In this document: positions 49,101 through 63,264 of the stretch, one piece after another
Layout of the letters: every line of letters starts with the position of its first letter
Numbering within the stretch: position 1 is the first letter of the stretch
Origin: Chrysomallon squamiferum
Taxonomy: Eukaryota; Animalia; Mollusca
NCBI GenBank assembly: GCA_012295275.1
Contig: CM022669.1
Coordinates: 6,200,001-6,264,000 of the forward strand
DNA length: 64,000 bases
Direction: 5' to 3'
The notes under the pieces: model-generated
Database searches by the model: none
Seen by the model: only the letters and a program-made list of their open reading frames with translations
Told to the model about the DNA's origin: nothing
Program-made: the position numbers and the translations under genes

Positions 49101-52100
49101 GTCTTTCTCTTGCTTTCTCTCTCTTCCTTTTTCTTCTCAGTCTTCTTGCTCGTCTCTCTTCTCTTCTCAGTATCTTCCTTTCTTTTCTTTTCTCTCGACT
49201 GATGCTACGAATCTTCCAGCGGAAATATTTGTTTGTGTCACTGTTGGTGTCATAAAGAAACCTGAAATGATAAAAATAAGCAAAAAAAGAGATTAAAAAT
49301 AATAAATAATACAATAAAATAATAGCGGCCATATTTATAATTATTGTCAATACTTACTTTTTTAAAATGGGACTGAATTTAGAATATTATTAGCTTTCTT
49401 CTTTTTTTCTTTTTTTTAATATTTTTTTATTATCTATTTATTTATTTATTTTAAATTTTAGAAATAAACTTTTCAAAAAATGGAATAATTACAAATTTAG
49501 CTTGATCAGTTTGTCATAAAAAGCTGATATAAAACTTCCTGAATTATTATTTGTGTGCTCCAAAATTCTATTCTTGTGAAATTTACCACCACACAATAAT
49601 TGCTTTCTCTTTCAGTTTGGTTTCTGCCTGAAGTTCTTCATTACAATTAAGATCATTTCTTTCTCAGAACACTCACCAGAAAACAGCCTTTCCTCGGTTC
49701 TCCTCCATAATTCTATCCTCTTCTTCTTTGCCCTTGTCAGCAATCACCTCAGCCAGATGGTCGCACATCTTCCTCATGGCAGGACCCTCTGGGGGAGAGA
49801 CTAGAAGAACCCTGTCAGAATCCTATACTTCTGTGTCAAAAACTTCATATCTAATAAATATCCCAGAAATGGCTTTACGATCAAAGCAGAGGACCAAATT
49901 CCCTGATGAGCCATAACACGATGCAATACACAACATCCAAAATACCTTTACACGAGCATTTTGAATTCTGGGATGCCTGATATCGGCCCCGACCCTCTTA
50001 TACATAAATAAATATGATAACTTAATACAATTCACTAAAAAAAATAATAGAAAAATTAAATTCAAAATACTACATACAATTCTACATGCATTAAATTTTA
50101 TTTTTATTATGTCAACAGAATTCAAACTGAGCAAATGCATAAAATAAACAATTTACTTTAATTAATTAAAAGTAAAAATCTCCAACAATAAACCAGAACT
50201 GACAACATTAAAATACCAACACCTATTGCTTGTATTCGACTTTCTGAGGGAATTTTTTTTTTTCCTTCTGTTTATAAATATCTAGGTACCTGGTGAATCT
50301 ATGCTATCATCTTCTGTGGATGATGTAGACAGAGATGAACTGGATGACAATGACCTTGTGTAGCTCCTGTCACTGCTGCTGTAGTACCTGTGATGACGTC
50401 CCCGACTTGACGATCTGCTTCGACCACTGTCATCAGACGAATGTTTTCTCGACAGCGACCTGCTTGATCCGTTCCGTTCCCTTGACGACCGACTTCTGTG
50501 TCTTGACCGGCTTCTCGAATATGAACTGGATGACCTTGAAGATCTCCGAGAACTGCTCCCTCTGCTTCTGCTTCTGCTTCTGCTTCTAGAATGTCTGCTT
50601 CTTGATGAACGACTTGACAATGAGCTGGAACTGAGGGACCTCTTTCTGGGCAAGTGACTGTCGAATGGACTCGATCTCGAGTCGTAAGAATCATTATCTT
50701 CTCGGAAAATATTTACACCGTCTTCTTGCAACAGCTTTTTACCAGTTTTCTCCCATGATTCATGTCTGTCTTCCTCAACTGTTCCCCTCTTGGGGGTTTC
50801 CTGTGGGGCTGGGGGCAGGGGTGGTGGTGGAATGTTTTGCACCATGGTTAGCATTGCTGAGTCAGTGCTGAAATAATATGTTACATTAGCTGAAATAATC
50901 TCAGTAAATCATTCAACAAAAGGCAGTTAACAGCTTTAAATTTATTAATTTGCTGAGTAAGACAGCCAAATGTATGTCAGTTTGTGTCTCAGCCTACAAG
51001 GTAGTTTCAAATATCAAATGTGTGAACAAAAGAATATGATGCATGCTTTTTATGACAATAACTATCAATATTATTAAGGATTAATTTAATTACTAATAAA
51101 GGTAAGAAAAGAACTAATAAATCACGTAATTCTTGTGTATAGGTATTTCAACATATGTACCATTTACAGGTTCAATTAATCATATTATTAGGAAACTAGA
51201 ACAAGTCAACAAATTTATGTTCACCTGCTTGGAGGCACAATCTGCCCACTGACTGTCTCTCTCTTTGACCAGTGATATTTAGCTGCAAAAAATAGAGAAT
51301 TTAAATTATTTAATAGAAAATTTCAATATAAGGATCTTGTTACATCGTCTCTGTCTTATAATACCCATAAAGATTACTGATTAACTCAAATAACTAACAT
51401 ATTCTGATATTTCTAAGTAATTTACCAGACAAACAAAAGCTGAAAAAGATTAGTTTAGATAAGCAATTACTGATTGAAACTGTAAACAGGCTAATGTTTG
51501 CATTCTGCATTAATCATATGACTCCTGTCACATTCCTGCTCACTCCTAAACACAACAATGAATTCATCGTTTTGAAATTTAATAATAAAGTAAATCAACT
51601 CACTTGGACTATCATCTGTAGGTGAGAATGGATCATATACGGTTCTGTGAATGCTTCCATTGTCACCTGAAGTAACTATTTCTCTGTCTCTCCTTCCCGG
51701 GCCATAGGACTCATTCCTGCCTTCTCGTTGTGTTGTGTCCCTCTCATTCATACTCCTTTCTCTGTAACACTCTTTCTTTTCCATTTCATGTTTCTGCTGT
51801 GTTCCTCCACTATTTCTGTTAGTGCTCTCTCTAACTCCTCCTCCGACATTATGCACTGGAACTATTTTCTCGCTGCCTGGTTGAGCAAACTGTTGTTGTT
51901 CGTCATCACTGTCGCTGTCTCCCATTTTGGGGACAGATGTGGAGGCATTTGCTTTTGGTGATGCAACTGCACCTCCAACCATTGATTTCTTAGTGAACAT
52001 CATCGTAGGTAAGGGTACAAATGGACTCAGTTTGGGTTTATTGGATTTCTTTTCTTGTTCAGGTTTAGGTGATGAAGATTCACCTGAAAATGAAAGGTAA

Positions 52101-52993
52101 AGAATGGTATTTATTTATTTATAGAATAATAAATGAATGGATGAAGGATGGATTTGTGATCTCTCAATGTAATTTTATAACATTACACCACATACTGACA
52201 ATCTTCTGTAAAGGCCACAGTTGTGAGTGGTTAAAGAGTAACAGTGAAACTAACAGAAATAAAACTTAAAACATACCAAACAAAGAATGTTATTTTTCAC
52301 CAACAGAAACTCTGCAGTTTTCACACAAATCTTTAGTTATGTATCAAAAACTATTTATCTTGGATGGCTACATGTAATTATTTCTGTTGCTGGCTTGATT
52401 TCCTTCTAGTGAAATCTTACTGTATTACTTATTAACAACTGTTCAATAATAACACTGCAGTTATTTTACAAAAATACTCACTATTTTTTAAGGCCTGCAT
52501 TTGTTTAAATTTCTCCAGAAAGCTGCCATCATTAATAAATGGAGGTGCAACTGGAGTCTTAGTTTCTAATGGAAGTGAAGGGCTGGTCAGTTGACTTGTC
52601 TTCAGTCCAAAATTAGGTATCTTTCCTTTCCTAAATATAATCATAAATACTTTTTACGATTTCAAGATTATGATTTCAAGATTTTGTTTTTTTGTGGGGT
52701 TTTTCTTACTAATTTGTAACCTAGTAATTAATAATAAAAACAAATAAATGGCTATCTATCTATCTATCTATAGTTCTTATTATTTTCTAAATGTTGTATG
52801 CAAAAGTTATACAAGTGCTTAATGTAATTTTAAGTAATGTTTTTATTTATTATTGATCAGTTTGTTATAAATAATCATTATTTTATATTACTGTTATTAT
52901 TTAATTAGTAACTAACAAAACTGCTAATGCATGAGAACATTAGAATGATATTTATTTAATCATTTAGAACATATTAAAAAATGTAATAAAATA

Positions 52994-53042
<49 letters not shown>

Positions 53043-53250
53043 CTCACAATCCACCCATACGTCCAGTTATTTTTTTCTTTTGTATTATTGGTAATTGTGA
53101 TTGTGTTTCAATATTTCCTTCTACAAGTTTCTTCTGTGCTGCAGCTAATTTCTCCTGAATTTTTCGTTTTTTCTCTTCAATAATTCTTTCTTGTTCGTTC
53201 ATCTGTTTCATTTTGGACGTATACCGTCCATACATCCCTGAGCTATCCAT
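43138..53250 (-). CDS. SUGP1: SURP and G-patch domain-containing protein 1 (splicing factor), 14 exons, ~1073 aa
   Basis: Exons 53048-53250, 52482-52630, 51604-52083, 51225-51282, 50290-50867, 49677-49800, 48558-49261, 47800-48042, 46001-46101, 45176-45347, 44563-44660, 43878-44032, 43464-43593, 43138-43164, all phase-compatible. Motifs [15 protein letters not shown] (VSPPE...LAEVIADKG...FWFLYDTNS..KYFRWKI), [46 protein letters not shown]-patch [19 protein letters not shown], and end [21 protein letters not shown]. Confidence 0.95.
46290..46710. repeat. Degenerate ~40-bp minisatellite, about 10 copies, in a SUGP1 intron
   Basis: Consensus approximately gaaaagtgagttttctattatagggattagttatagacatt; weaker copies continue toward ~47060. 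Confidence 0.8.
49805..49999 (-). ncRNA. Candidate structured intronic RNA element next to the SUGP1 SURP exon acceptor (unclassified)
   Basis: Closing stem AUCCCAGAA/UUCUGGGAU (49966-49974 with 49860-49868) encloses several hairpins whose G-U pairs work on the transcribed strand. No known family motif recognised. Confidence 0.35.
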
Positions 53251-55832
53251 TGTCGCTTTTCAATTAACAAATGCAACAAATGTCATTAAGACGGTTCAAC
53301 TATAGTTTCTGTTTTGCTTAAAAGTGAAACAATAAGCTGAATAATTCACATCTGCTTGTTCCAACTGTTTGCCAAAATATTATATTGCAAAAAATAATAA
53401 CATTTTCTCTTGTTTCTTTCAATCTCAATATATTTATGTAATAGTTTATTAATAAAACTTCTTAACGGGGTAATCAAAAATATTTAGAATCAACAAGAGA
53501 GTAAGTCTTATCTTTAAAATCCACACATCGAGCACAGAATGTTCAACTCTGCTCAACCATTAATTTTTGGCTACATCCTGTTAGGTATTTCCACCTTTTT
53601 ACAGGCGATTCACAGTAGCATTCAGTTATAATGATTTGATTGGTTTTTATAGTGATTAGCCTGTTTTGATAGTTAATATCTGTAAAAGTCAGTTATTCAT
53701 AGGACAGGTCATCTTGAACAGTCACTTTTCATAAGCATATCAAAACAAAAACACGAAATCTCGTTAAATACATATGTCTGTTTTCCGCAAACCTGTTTTC
53801 TTTTATGAACTCGAGAAGTGAACTATCTTATTACTAATATACAGTATTATAATGTGTATAAATTATATATAATTACATATATATATATAAAGCGACTATA
53901 TATATATAAAGCGACAATGGATATATATTTATATAAATATAATTTTTTTAAATTAATTATTTTTTTGGTAAACCATTTACTGTGATCATTTATGGTTAAA
54001 AACAGACCTTATCTATCCCCGGATAAGTATTTATTTTTAAATGTATATATATATATATATATACAGCTTCGTCTGTTGGCTTCGCAAATATTGATCCACC
54101 CTTTAATTAAAGTAAGAATACAGATCAAACAGGGCTACAAATAATTAACACTGACTTCAAATGAAAAACCCTTTTGACAATTTTGAAGGAGGTATCTTCA
54201 AAAACAATCCAGATATTCTGCATTTATGTATGATATCCTCTATTTTTTACCGAAACTTGTGTTTTTAACAAACTGACAGTATGTCAACATTGGTATTTAT
54301 ATATATATGTTTTTAATGATAGGGATACATTTTTTTTATTAATTTTTTATTTTTTTTTTTTTTTTTTTTTTTTTTATATGGAATGTTTATTGGAACAAAA
54401 ACATTAATCAGATACTAAAAAAAAAGAGAAAATATATATAAATATTATTCCGAATATGTGTACTAACGATAAAGTATGACTGACGAAAAATTATCTGCAG
54501 GTGTTGCGTATATCCCTCTCCGCCTGTGTGAATCTCCAGTTTATACTAAAGGCGTTTTTGACATTATTAAAAATTAAATTATCAAGTATATCGAATTTCA
54601 CAGTCTACTTTTACTACTAATTTTAATCTAGAATAATTGACACAGGAGCTAATATGATAAATGAGACAGAAAATAATGTCTAGGTTTTTATTATTACTTT
54701 TTTTCTTTTCTTTTTTTGTTTTTCTTTCTTTTCTTTTTTTTTCTTTTTTATTATTATTATTATTATTATTTTTTTATGACGAATTAAAATTAGAAACATA
54801 AATTTAGCCATAATTAGAACAAGGAAAAATTAACAGTCGTAGTATCGAATAGTGACCACGTTATTATAATAAATCCAGCAAGAGAATAAATAATAATTCT
54901 GTAAATTAATCAAATACTTTATAAATAAATAAAATAAATACCATCCACCTACATGTATTTCATTTAAAATAATTTAGTCTACATATATATATTTAGTTGT
55001 TTGTTATACTTACAGTTATGCGAGTGTATTCGATAGTTATACCCTAATATTTATGATAATTCTCGTTTATACCCGTCTGGGATGTATGGGATGCATGTAT
55101 GTTACAATGACGCGCGCGCACGCACACACACACACACACACAAACAGAACACGCAAACAGAAGAATGTATAATATTTATAGTAGATATATATATATATCA
55201 CATCTCGTAAACTAGTCATGCCTCTTATAATAATATAAAATCTATATTCCGTAAACATTAAATACTAGTCTATCTAGTTAGCGTTTTCTTTGTGAGCGTG
55301 TGTGTTTACCTCTACAAAAATGACTGATATTACAATAAAAATAAAATATAAAAAAAGAAGGAAAGTAAAACAAATAAAAAATAAAAAATAAAATGAGGTA
55401 AAATGCAATTTCCATATGTAGGCGAGGAGTTTATCTCTGTTCTTATCAAAATTATATTTAGCCATTTTTTTAAATAGCATCCAAAGTACACTTTTAAATA
55501 CCCTGTCCCGTAGATCCGATTTGGTTTTCCATCCGTTATTTTACCCTATTTTTACGTACGTAAACTCTCCGGCATTTATTGTTGCCTCCCTTAGAACATC
55601 ATCACTGCTGCAGCCTAACTTTCCTCAACAATTCTAATCATATATAATGTCTGATATTATCATTACAATCCTATTTTCGTAGTTACAATGGTTATGTTAA
55701 TAATAAATAAATAAAATAAAAAATAAATAAAATAATAAAAAATAAAACAACAACAACAACATCAATAATAATAATAATAATAATAATAAAAAATGTCTGC
55801 TCACTGTATCCAGTACACATTAATGATTAGAT

Positions 55833-55834
<2 letters not shown>

Positions 55835-55919
<85 letters not shown>
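55835..55919. repeat. (CT)n microsatellite
   Basis: Seen directly. Confidence 0.95.
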
Positions 55920-56149
55920 ATTAAAACAGATGTACATTTATGTATAAAATCACATCAAAAGCCATATGATCAGAATTTATTTTATTATTCTTGATAATAT
56001 ATTTTTTACATACACAAATACAGAACCATACATTTTTCAAGTAAATCGTTGAAACTGAATAATGAAAAATTTGTTTTTTATAAATAAAATTAAAAATGTA
56101 ATAAAAAAAAAAAAATTAAAATGATAATTAAAACAATGTAATTAACTAA

Positions 56150-56185
<36 letters not shown>

Positions 56186-56635
56186 AAACTAAAATAAAAT
56201 AATGGCAAAATAACAATTAAAATTAATTAATTAATAACAATTCGTGTTATCTAAGAAAATAAAATAAATTAAATAAAATAAAATAAATAAATAAATAAAC
56301 TTTCACTTTAAAAATATTACAAAAATGAAGTTTAACAAATAATGAATTTCGTAATTAGCATTAAACTTTAATTGTTTATGTCAGTAATAAATTAACATTC
56401 TCCTTATTATTTACAGAAACAATCTCTAGAAAACCATTTTTGAAGCGTTTTCACAAATAGTAACAGTCTGAAGTGTTGTCTTTGAAGCATTGTTGTATTG
56501 TTATGTTCCTTATCATTCGATAATTTCTTCCCGATTTTCATGATTCATTCGGTCGAGTCATTATTTTTAATTAACTTTTAAGATTTATATTCATTACCTT
56601 TATTAAGAACAGTGTGTTGCAAAAAAATAAACAAA

Positions 56636-56667
<32 letters not shown>

Positions 56668-56834
56668 AATAAAATTGTATTAAATTAAAATGCAATTAAA
56701 TTAATTACAATAATTATATTATCGTTTGGTTGTTATTTTCTCTCCCAGCCATCTTGGAATTCGGCTAGTGCTCACTTCCGTTTCGTTATAATTATGACCT
56801 CTTTCTTGTTATTATTCTATATTTTGGAGTTGTG

Positions 56835-56976
56835 TCATGGCTCAATACATCCTGGTATTTTACATACGAATTTTCCAGTTTCTCTTGACTGAAAAAATAA
56901 AATGAAATAAATAAAATAAAAAGTGTAACTATTAGTAATGACATTTTCATGAACTTTATAATAATAATAATAATAA

Positions 56977-57032
<56 letters not shown>

Positions 57033-57047
57033 ATAATAATAATATTA

Positions 57048-57105
<58 letters not shown>

Positions 57106-58096
57106 GCTGACCCTGGAAAACAGTGCATCGATGTCACGATTCAATCTAATAATCTAGCTGCGTTATAGTTGTGAATAATCAACGTAGCTTTCCTTTTCAT
57201 ATTTTGTTTCGATTTTTTTTTTTTTTTAAAGTTGTCTTTGTTGACTTGATTTTTGTCCAAAATGTCGGATATCTAATGCTGAGATTTTGCCGCGTCAATC
57301 TGCACTGCTTATTTGTTATAAACAATTTTATAACAATACTGCTCCCGAAGAATTTCAATCAAGATAACGCCAACATAGTCTTGAACAAACAGCTAGCACC
57401 TGGTTTTAAGATAAAAGTGTTTTGAAAAAGCATGTTCTAATTAGCAAGTTAAAAGTAAAGGAAAACTGTTAAGGTGTATTTAGAGATCTCGTAAATTTTC
57501 ACTACGTCTAAATCTGGACGGGATTTATACGGAAATAGGATAACGACGATAAATGGTGTTTTCGTATCAACGCTTGGTGCACGCGATGGCAGTGAAGATA
57601 TGTTTGTGGTCGGGTGTGAAGCACACGCATTCTTCAGTGACAGGTACGACAATAAACACCGAAAACAGACACACAAAGATACGGTCTTCACAATCTGATT
57701 GATAACACATCCACGTGGAGATAAAACAACTCGTGTATTTTGTTTTCCCCTATCGTCCAATTAAACCATGTTTGTTTCGCATTGACAGCTCCCGCGAGGT
57801 TTAGACATGAATAGAGAACAGGCACTGTGAACATCAGCAGAAATATAACTGCTTATATATAATTAGACAGACAGACAGACAGACAGATAGCCAGACAGAC
57901 AGAAATAAAGATAGATGGATAGATATAAATTTAGATAGATAGATAGATAGATAGATAGATACAGATATAAATACAGATATGTAGACCTAGATAGAGCGAA
58001 GGGTATAACAAAAACAACGCTAACGACATCAATAACAAAATGATAATAATGATTATTGTATGGTGGTATGTGGATTCCTTCTGCTTGTGTTTATGT

Positions 58097-58137
<41 letters not shown>

Positions 58138-58648
58138 ATTAATTTAAGAGAAAAACAGAGATGCGGTAGAACAAAATTCTGCAAAATTTTCAAATTAAAA
58201 ATATATGTCGTAAACACTGCCAAATGCGTGACTATCACCTTTTAGCTTTGTATAAGAAGAGATGATTTTTATAATTTATAACAAGAATTAATAGAGATGT
58301 CTAGTACATTAATAATCTTTCCTATTAATCAGTGGAGGATGGTGTCTGTTTTCGACACTCACAGAAGAATTTCGTTAACAATTTGGCATAATTTGGCATC
58401 TTGGCAAAAAGTGTGATGGCAAAATTGTGAGAAATTTTCTGATACAGATATCCGTCTGTTATTTTTTACTTTTTAAACGCGGAAAGTACCTTTATTTCAA
58501 TTTTAGTTCCATATAAATTACGTTCTAATATAATACATTTATTCAAGAATTAGTTGATAACAGTAAATTACAATTCAAAATGTCGGCTTCTTTGGCAGTC
58601 TTCCTCAATAATTTTGTCTGTCTCACTTTTTTCTCTCTCCCGTTCAGC

Positions 58649-58741
<93 letters not shown>

Positions 58742-59096
58742 ATTTGACTTTGCGCGTCTGTGTGCGTATTTATGTTTAAGTAGATGTACATTACCAATGC
58801 TATTTTACCTTCAATCCTCTCCATTTGCAAGGGAATCTTTTTCTCGTACATGAAAGTTTCTTTATGCATTTTCCAAACTTTTTAAGACATTTAAAATCAT
58901 CTTTGATACATCGTGTACAGCTGATACGACGTACAAACTGACAAGCCGTGCACGCCGTGTGCTGACAGTCGCCTTGACACACTTTCTTCTCTTCGGCGAC
59001 GTTCCTGCAAAAAATGAATGATTGAAGAAGAGAATGAAGAAAGAAAGAACAGAAGAATGACTTAATGACTGAGTGAATAATTAATTAAAGAAGAAT

Positions 59097-59175
<79 letters not shown>

Positions 59176-59434
59176 TCAGAGACAGACGGTTTACAGAGAT
59201 AGAGACAGAGAGAGAAAGATAGAGATTCAGTAAATAGAGACATGAGGTAACAAAGAAGGAGAAAGTAAGAGAGGTGAAGGAATGACAAAAGGAAATGGAT
59301 GATGATGTTAAAGCAGACAAAAACAAATAAATCTTTACCAAAAAAAACACAAAAAAACAACAACAATTAAAGTTCCATTAAAATCAATCGCCATTTGTCG
59401 CTAAATAAATCATCTTTAAAAACTAAAGACCGGC

Positions 59435-59477
<43 letters not shown>

Positions 59478-60059
59478 CGCTAAAGAAATAGTAAAAAACG
59501 AAAACATTAGGTACTTTTCAACAAACTATGATTGACAAATGGTTCCATAAAGTAGAGGGAAACAAGATAACTTGACATGCGCGAGCGAACAGAAAGCATT
59601 CCGAAGAGTAACGACCCGTTCTTTTGGCATACGTCTGCTTTGTCTGCGCGTCTGAAATCTCGAGTGCTCGTAACGACGGCGGTATTACACTTTGAACTGT
59701 CAGAACCGTATTCTCTGTAACTTAATTTGTGATCAACAGCGCCGTGGGAGAGACCTACCACTTGTCTATTTCAATAGCACTTGTGTATTTGTAGGTAAAT
59801 ACATGCAAAACACACGTTCCTGAATCGGTGCAGAGACATCCGCCTTTTCGCCTCAGCCCTGATTGAGTCTGCGCGTTATGTTATATTTAGACATTAATTT
59901 AAATGGGTAACACAAGCGGTAAACAGATTTTAACTTATTTTTCTATAAGAAGTAAAATAGTTTTTTTCTTAGAACAATGAAGAAAAAAAATAATAAAAGA
60001 AAGCAAAGTAAAGTTAGAAGTTCCGTAGCATAGTATATAAATCTGCACATGCTTGGGTT

Positions 60060-60104
<45 letters not shown>

Positions 60105-60370
60105 TGTACATTTAACTGTTAAAATAATGTTATTTTAAATAATTTTATATCTCTTTAATGTCAGTACAATAATATCTAATTTAAAACAATTAAAATTGAT
60201 GATGAATAATTACATGTAATTTTTTGGAAAAAAAAGAAGCATAATCATTTTTGCTTTTGTGATTACCAACCTTGCAGAACATACGGCCCTCGGGCGTCTT
60301 CGGCAAAACTCGGGAGTACAAAGCGGCCGACAACGAAATGCAAACGCTTCGTCTGCTTGATGTGGAGGTA
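56835..60370 (-). CDS. Uncharacterised Cys-rich, probably secreted protein; last three coding exons, 5' exon(s) not located
   Basis: Exons 60271-60370, 58809-59004, 56835-56888 are GT-AG and phase-compatible (1/2/0). They join to PPHQADEAFAFRCRPLCTPEFCRRRPRAVCSARNVAEEKKVCQGDCQHTACTACQFVRRISCTRCIKDDFKCLKKFGKCIKKLSCTRKRFPCKWRGLKSRETGKFVCKIPGCIEP*. Confidence 0.8.
56958..57104. repeat. Compound (AAT)n(AGT)n(ATT)n microsatellite
   Basis: Seen directly. Confidence 0.9.
58653..58732. repeat. (CT)n microsatellite
   Basis: Seen directly. Confidence 0.95.
59103..59173. repeat. (AG)n microsatellite
   Basis: Seen directly. Confidence 0.95.
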
Positions 60371-60373
60371 CTG

Positions 60374-60374
<1 letters not shown>

Positions 60375-60436
<62 letters not shown>
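60375..60436. repeat. (AAT)n microsatellite directly before the 60370 splice acceptor
   Basis: Seen directly; on the minus strand (ATT)n stands in for the polypyrimidine tract. Confidence 0.95.
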
Positions 60437-60997
60437 GGTAGCTGTCGTGGTAATGCTGGTATTGACGTTATCATAAAAATAACAACGACAGCTAAAACGG
60501 CAGTAATAATTAAATATATATAATGTGTGTGTGTGTGCGTGCGTGCGCGCGTTTGTAGATTATTTGCATGTATATATTCATTTATCCTAGCTGATATTCG
60601 TTCCACGTCTATGACTGACCAATTAAATTTAAAAAAAGTGTAAAAACTTAATCTTCTCTTTTAGATCAGCTGTGAACACTTTGAAAGTGAAATTAGATTA
60701 AACAAGTCTGAACCATTCTAGGAAAATGAATAATAATAATAATAATAATAAAATAAATAAATAAAAATTGATAATAATAATAATGACAAATAAAATATAA
60801 AATATAAAAATAAAAATTAACACTCTAATCTATAATCATTACAATAATTATTTTAATTATTAAATATCTGATTAAAAAAAGAGATTAAGCATACATTCAT
60901 AGAAACACATACACACACTCACACATATATATACACAAATACACAGGAACGTTCCTCATACACGCACTCAAACAACACACACATATTCATGTATATA

Positions 60998-61056
<59 letters not shown>

Positions 61057-63138
61057 AATGTTAGCATATATAAAACATCAATAATGATAAAAATTTCATT
61101 TTAAAAGTATGAATCAGCGATGTTTGAAATTAATAATAAACTTTAAAACAAAAATTAAATAGATTAATATGAAAAAAAAAGAGAAAAATCTCGATCAGTA
61201 AGTTTGCAAGAAGACTGTTTTGATCTCGTGTCGTGTCTCACAAATTAAATGAAATCACGGACCGTTAAAATAGCACTTAATTGCTTTGTTCGCCCGCGTT
61301 AAACAAATTCGCCGCTACTGGAAAGGAATTCATTGCTTTTTGGATTTTAAAAGCGGCAAATTGCTGGAACGCCTCTCTTTCTAACGTTTCGACAGACGAA
61401 CACAAGAAGCTAATTTGCCGTTGATTGTTAATGTTGAACTAAAGTTATTTTTCCCGTGTCAAACAACACAACGGGATACACGCTTAGCGAGCATATGGCT
61501 GCAATGGCGGACCACCCAATAAGCACCATTTTTTTTCTTCTTCTGTGCACGTTCAGCCAGAAGTCTTGAATGGTGACCCCGGGGGTCGATTAACAGTGCC
61601 GGTTCTGTCGATGTTATCACTGAAAGTGAATGCAAATTATCTTTTGTCAGTACGCTTAGAAAAATTTATCAAATTTCTTTTACTGGGGTGTGAATGCGAA
61701 TCAGTTTATCGGTTGGTTTATCCGGTGTAGTCATAAAAGTGGAAATGTTAAACGGAAGGAAAAATAAATATGTTTTATGATTTTGATATGAGTAATGTGC
61801 ACATTTTAATATGCGGCTGAAATTTCAGTAATATAATAAACATTTAATATGGGAGTAGCATGAATATGGTGATAAACTGAATTATTGTAAATGGGATAGT
61901 AATCATTACGTCCATTATTGTAATGATGAAAGCGATGATGACAGCATTACTTACACTGTCTAAGATAATTTTTATCAGGAAGAAAAGAAGAAGAATAACA
62001 ACAAGCTGCTGTTGCTGATAATGACGAAGATAATTACAAAGGCAACCGTGAATTTTAAATAATTATACAGAAATAAATAAAACATCAAAAAAAAAAAGGA
62101 TATATGATTATCATTTGGAAGTCGCCGATTTCGAATCTAACAAAATGTCATTTGCCCTTTAGTGATCTCTTGGTTATCTTCCAAAAGCAGCACGACCCCT
62201 GCTGCGTTGATAAATGTCCCGTTTTCACTGCACGTAAAATTAGTTTGAAGGATAGGTGTGAAAATAAACAGATTAAAATAACTGTTATCTTCACTCTTGG
62301 CAATAACCACGTGCTGTGGAACAAAACATCCTGGTCAGAAGATGAGATCAGTATCAGTTTTAACCAAACATATCTGAATATGTAATCATCCAGAGTGCTT
62401 GCATCCAATCGCCCACGATATACGGGGAAATATATACATATAATTTCATTTCTATGGCAGAGTGTATTTAAATAATCCTTGCTTGTTACTTATAGGTTCT
62501 AAAAAATCATCTAACCCAAACAATACTGTCAATGATATTTCGTGTTCGAAATTCTGAAGTCAATGCAGCGTGCTTGGAATTACAGTAGATATTGTCATCT
62601 TTCAGATGATTCATAGACTCAAATGATCATAACAACAGAAGAGTTTTTTTTTTATTTTATTTTCCATTATTGTGATTCTTCTAGTTGACTAACCTTATAA
62701 CATACTAACATTACAATGCTAAGAATTCATATATTTGATTGTATTCCCAGGACACGAGCTTATATAGTTCTGTTTTTTTTTTTTTTCGTTTTGTTTTAAA
62801 TTGCGTATTTAAAAAGCCCAACAAAAAAAAAAATAAAAAAATAGAAGAACGAAAAAACGTTAATAAAGAAGAATTTAGTTATTGTTATTGTTACAGCAAG
62901 ATGGAAAACAAACAGAGAGAAAAAACAGACAGGCAATGTCACACACATATCGATATTGATTCTAAAACAGATCGGCTCAATCTGTTGAAAAGGTTTTATA
63001 TGTACATGTCGACTTATCAATCAGAATGACATCGGAAAACATCGGCAAGTATCAGTTGACATCGGCTGGGTTTAGCTTTCCGACCGATGGTATTCCATTC
63101 AATAATCGATTAATCTTTGTTATCCTCTTCTTCTGGTT

Positions 63139-63187
63139 ATCATCATCATCATCATCATTATTATTATTATCATTATTATTATTATTA

Positions 63188-63260
<73 letters not shown>
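63139..63260. repeat. (ATC)n(ATT)n microsatellite
   Basis: Seen directly. Confidence 0.95.

Positions 63261-63264
<4 letters not shown>

Noticed and set aside
49900-49930. CTGATGAG hammerhead-like core on the plus strand
   Set aside because: No stem II followed by GAAA; the pairing evidence favours the opposite strand.
49823-50140. 105-aa minus-strand ORF in a SUGP1 intron as a possible second SURP exon
   Set aside because: No SURP similarity in any frame, and the flanking exons already join in phase.
59507-59761. 84-aa minus-strand ORF between exons of the Cys-rich gene
   Set aside because: No recognisable motif or good splice sites; neighbouring exons join without it.
60190-60606. 138-aa ORF with poly-Tyr
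   Set aside because: Runs through an (ATT)n repeat; the real exon 60271-60370 uses another frame.
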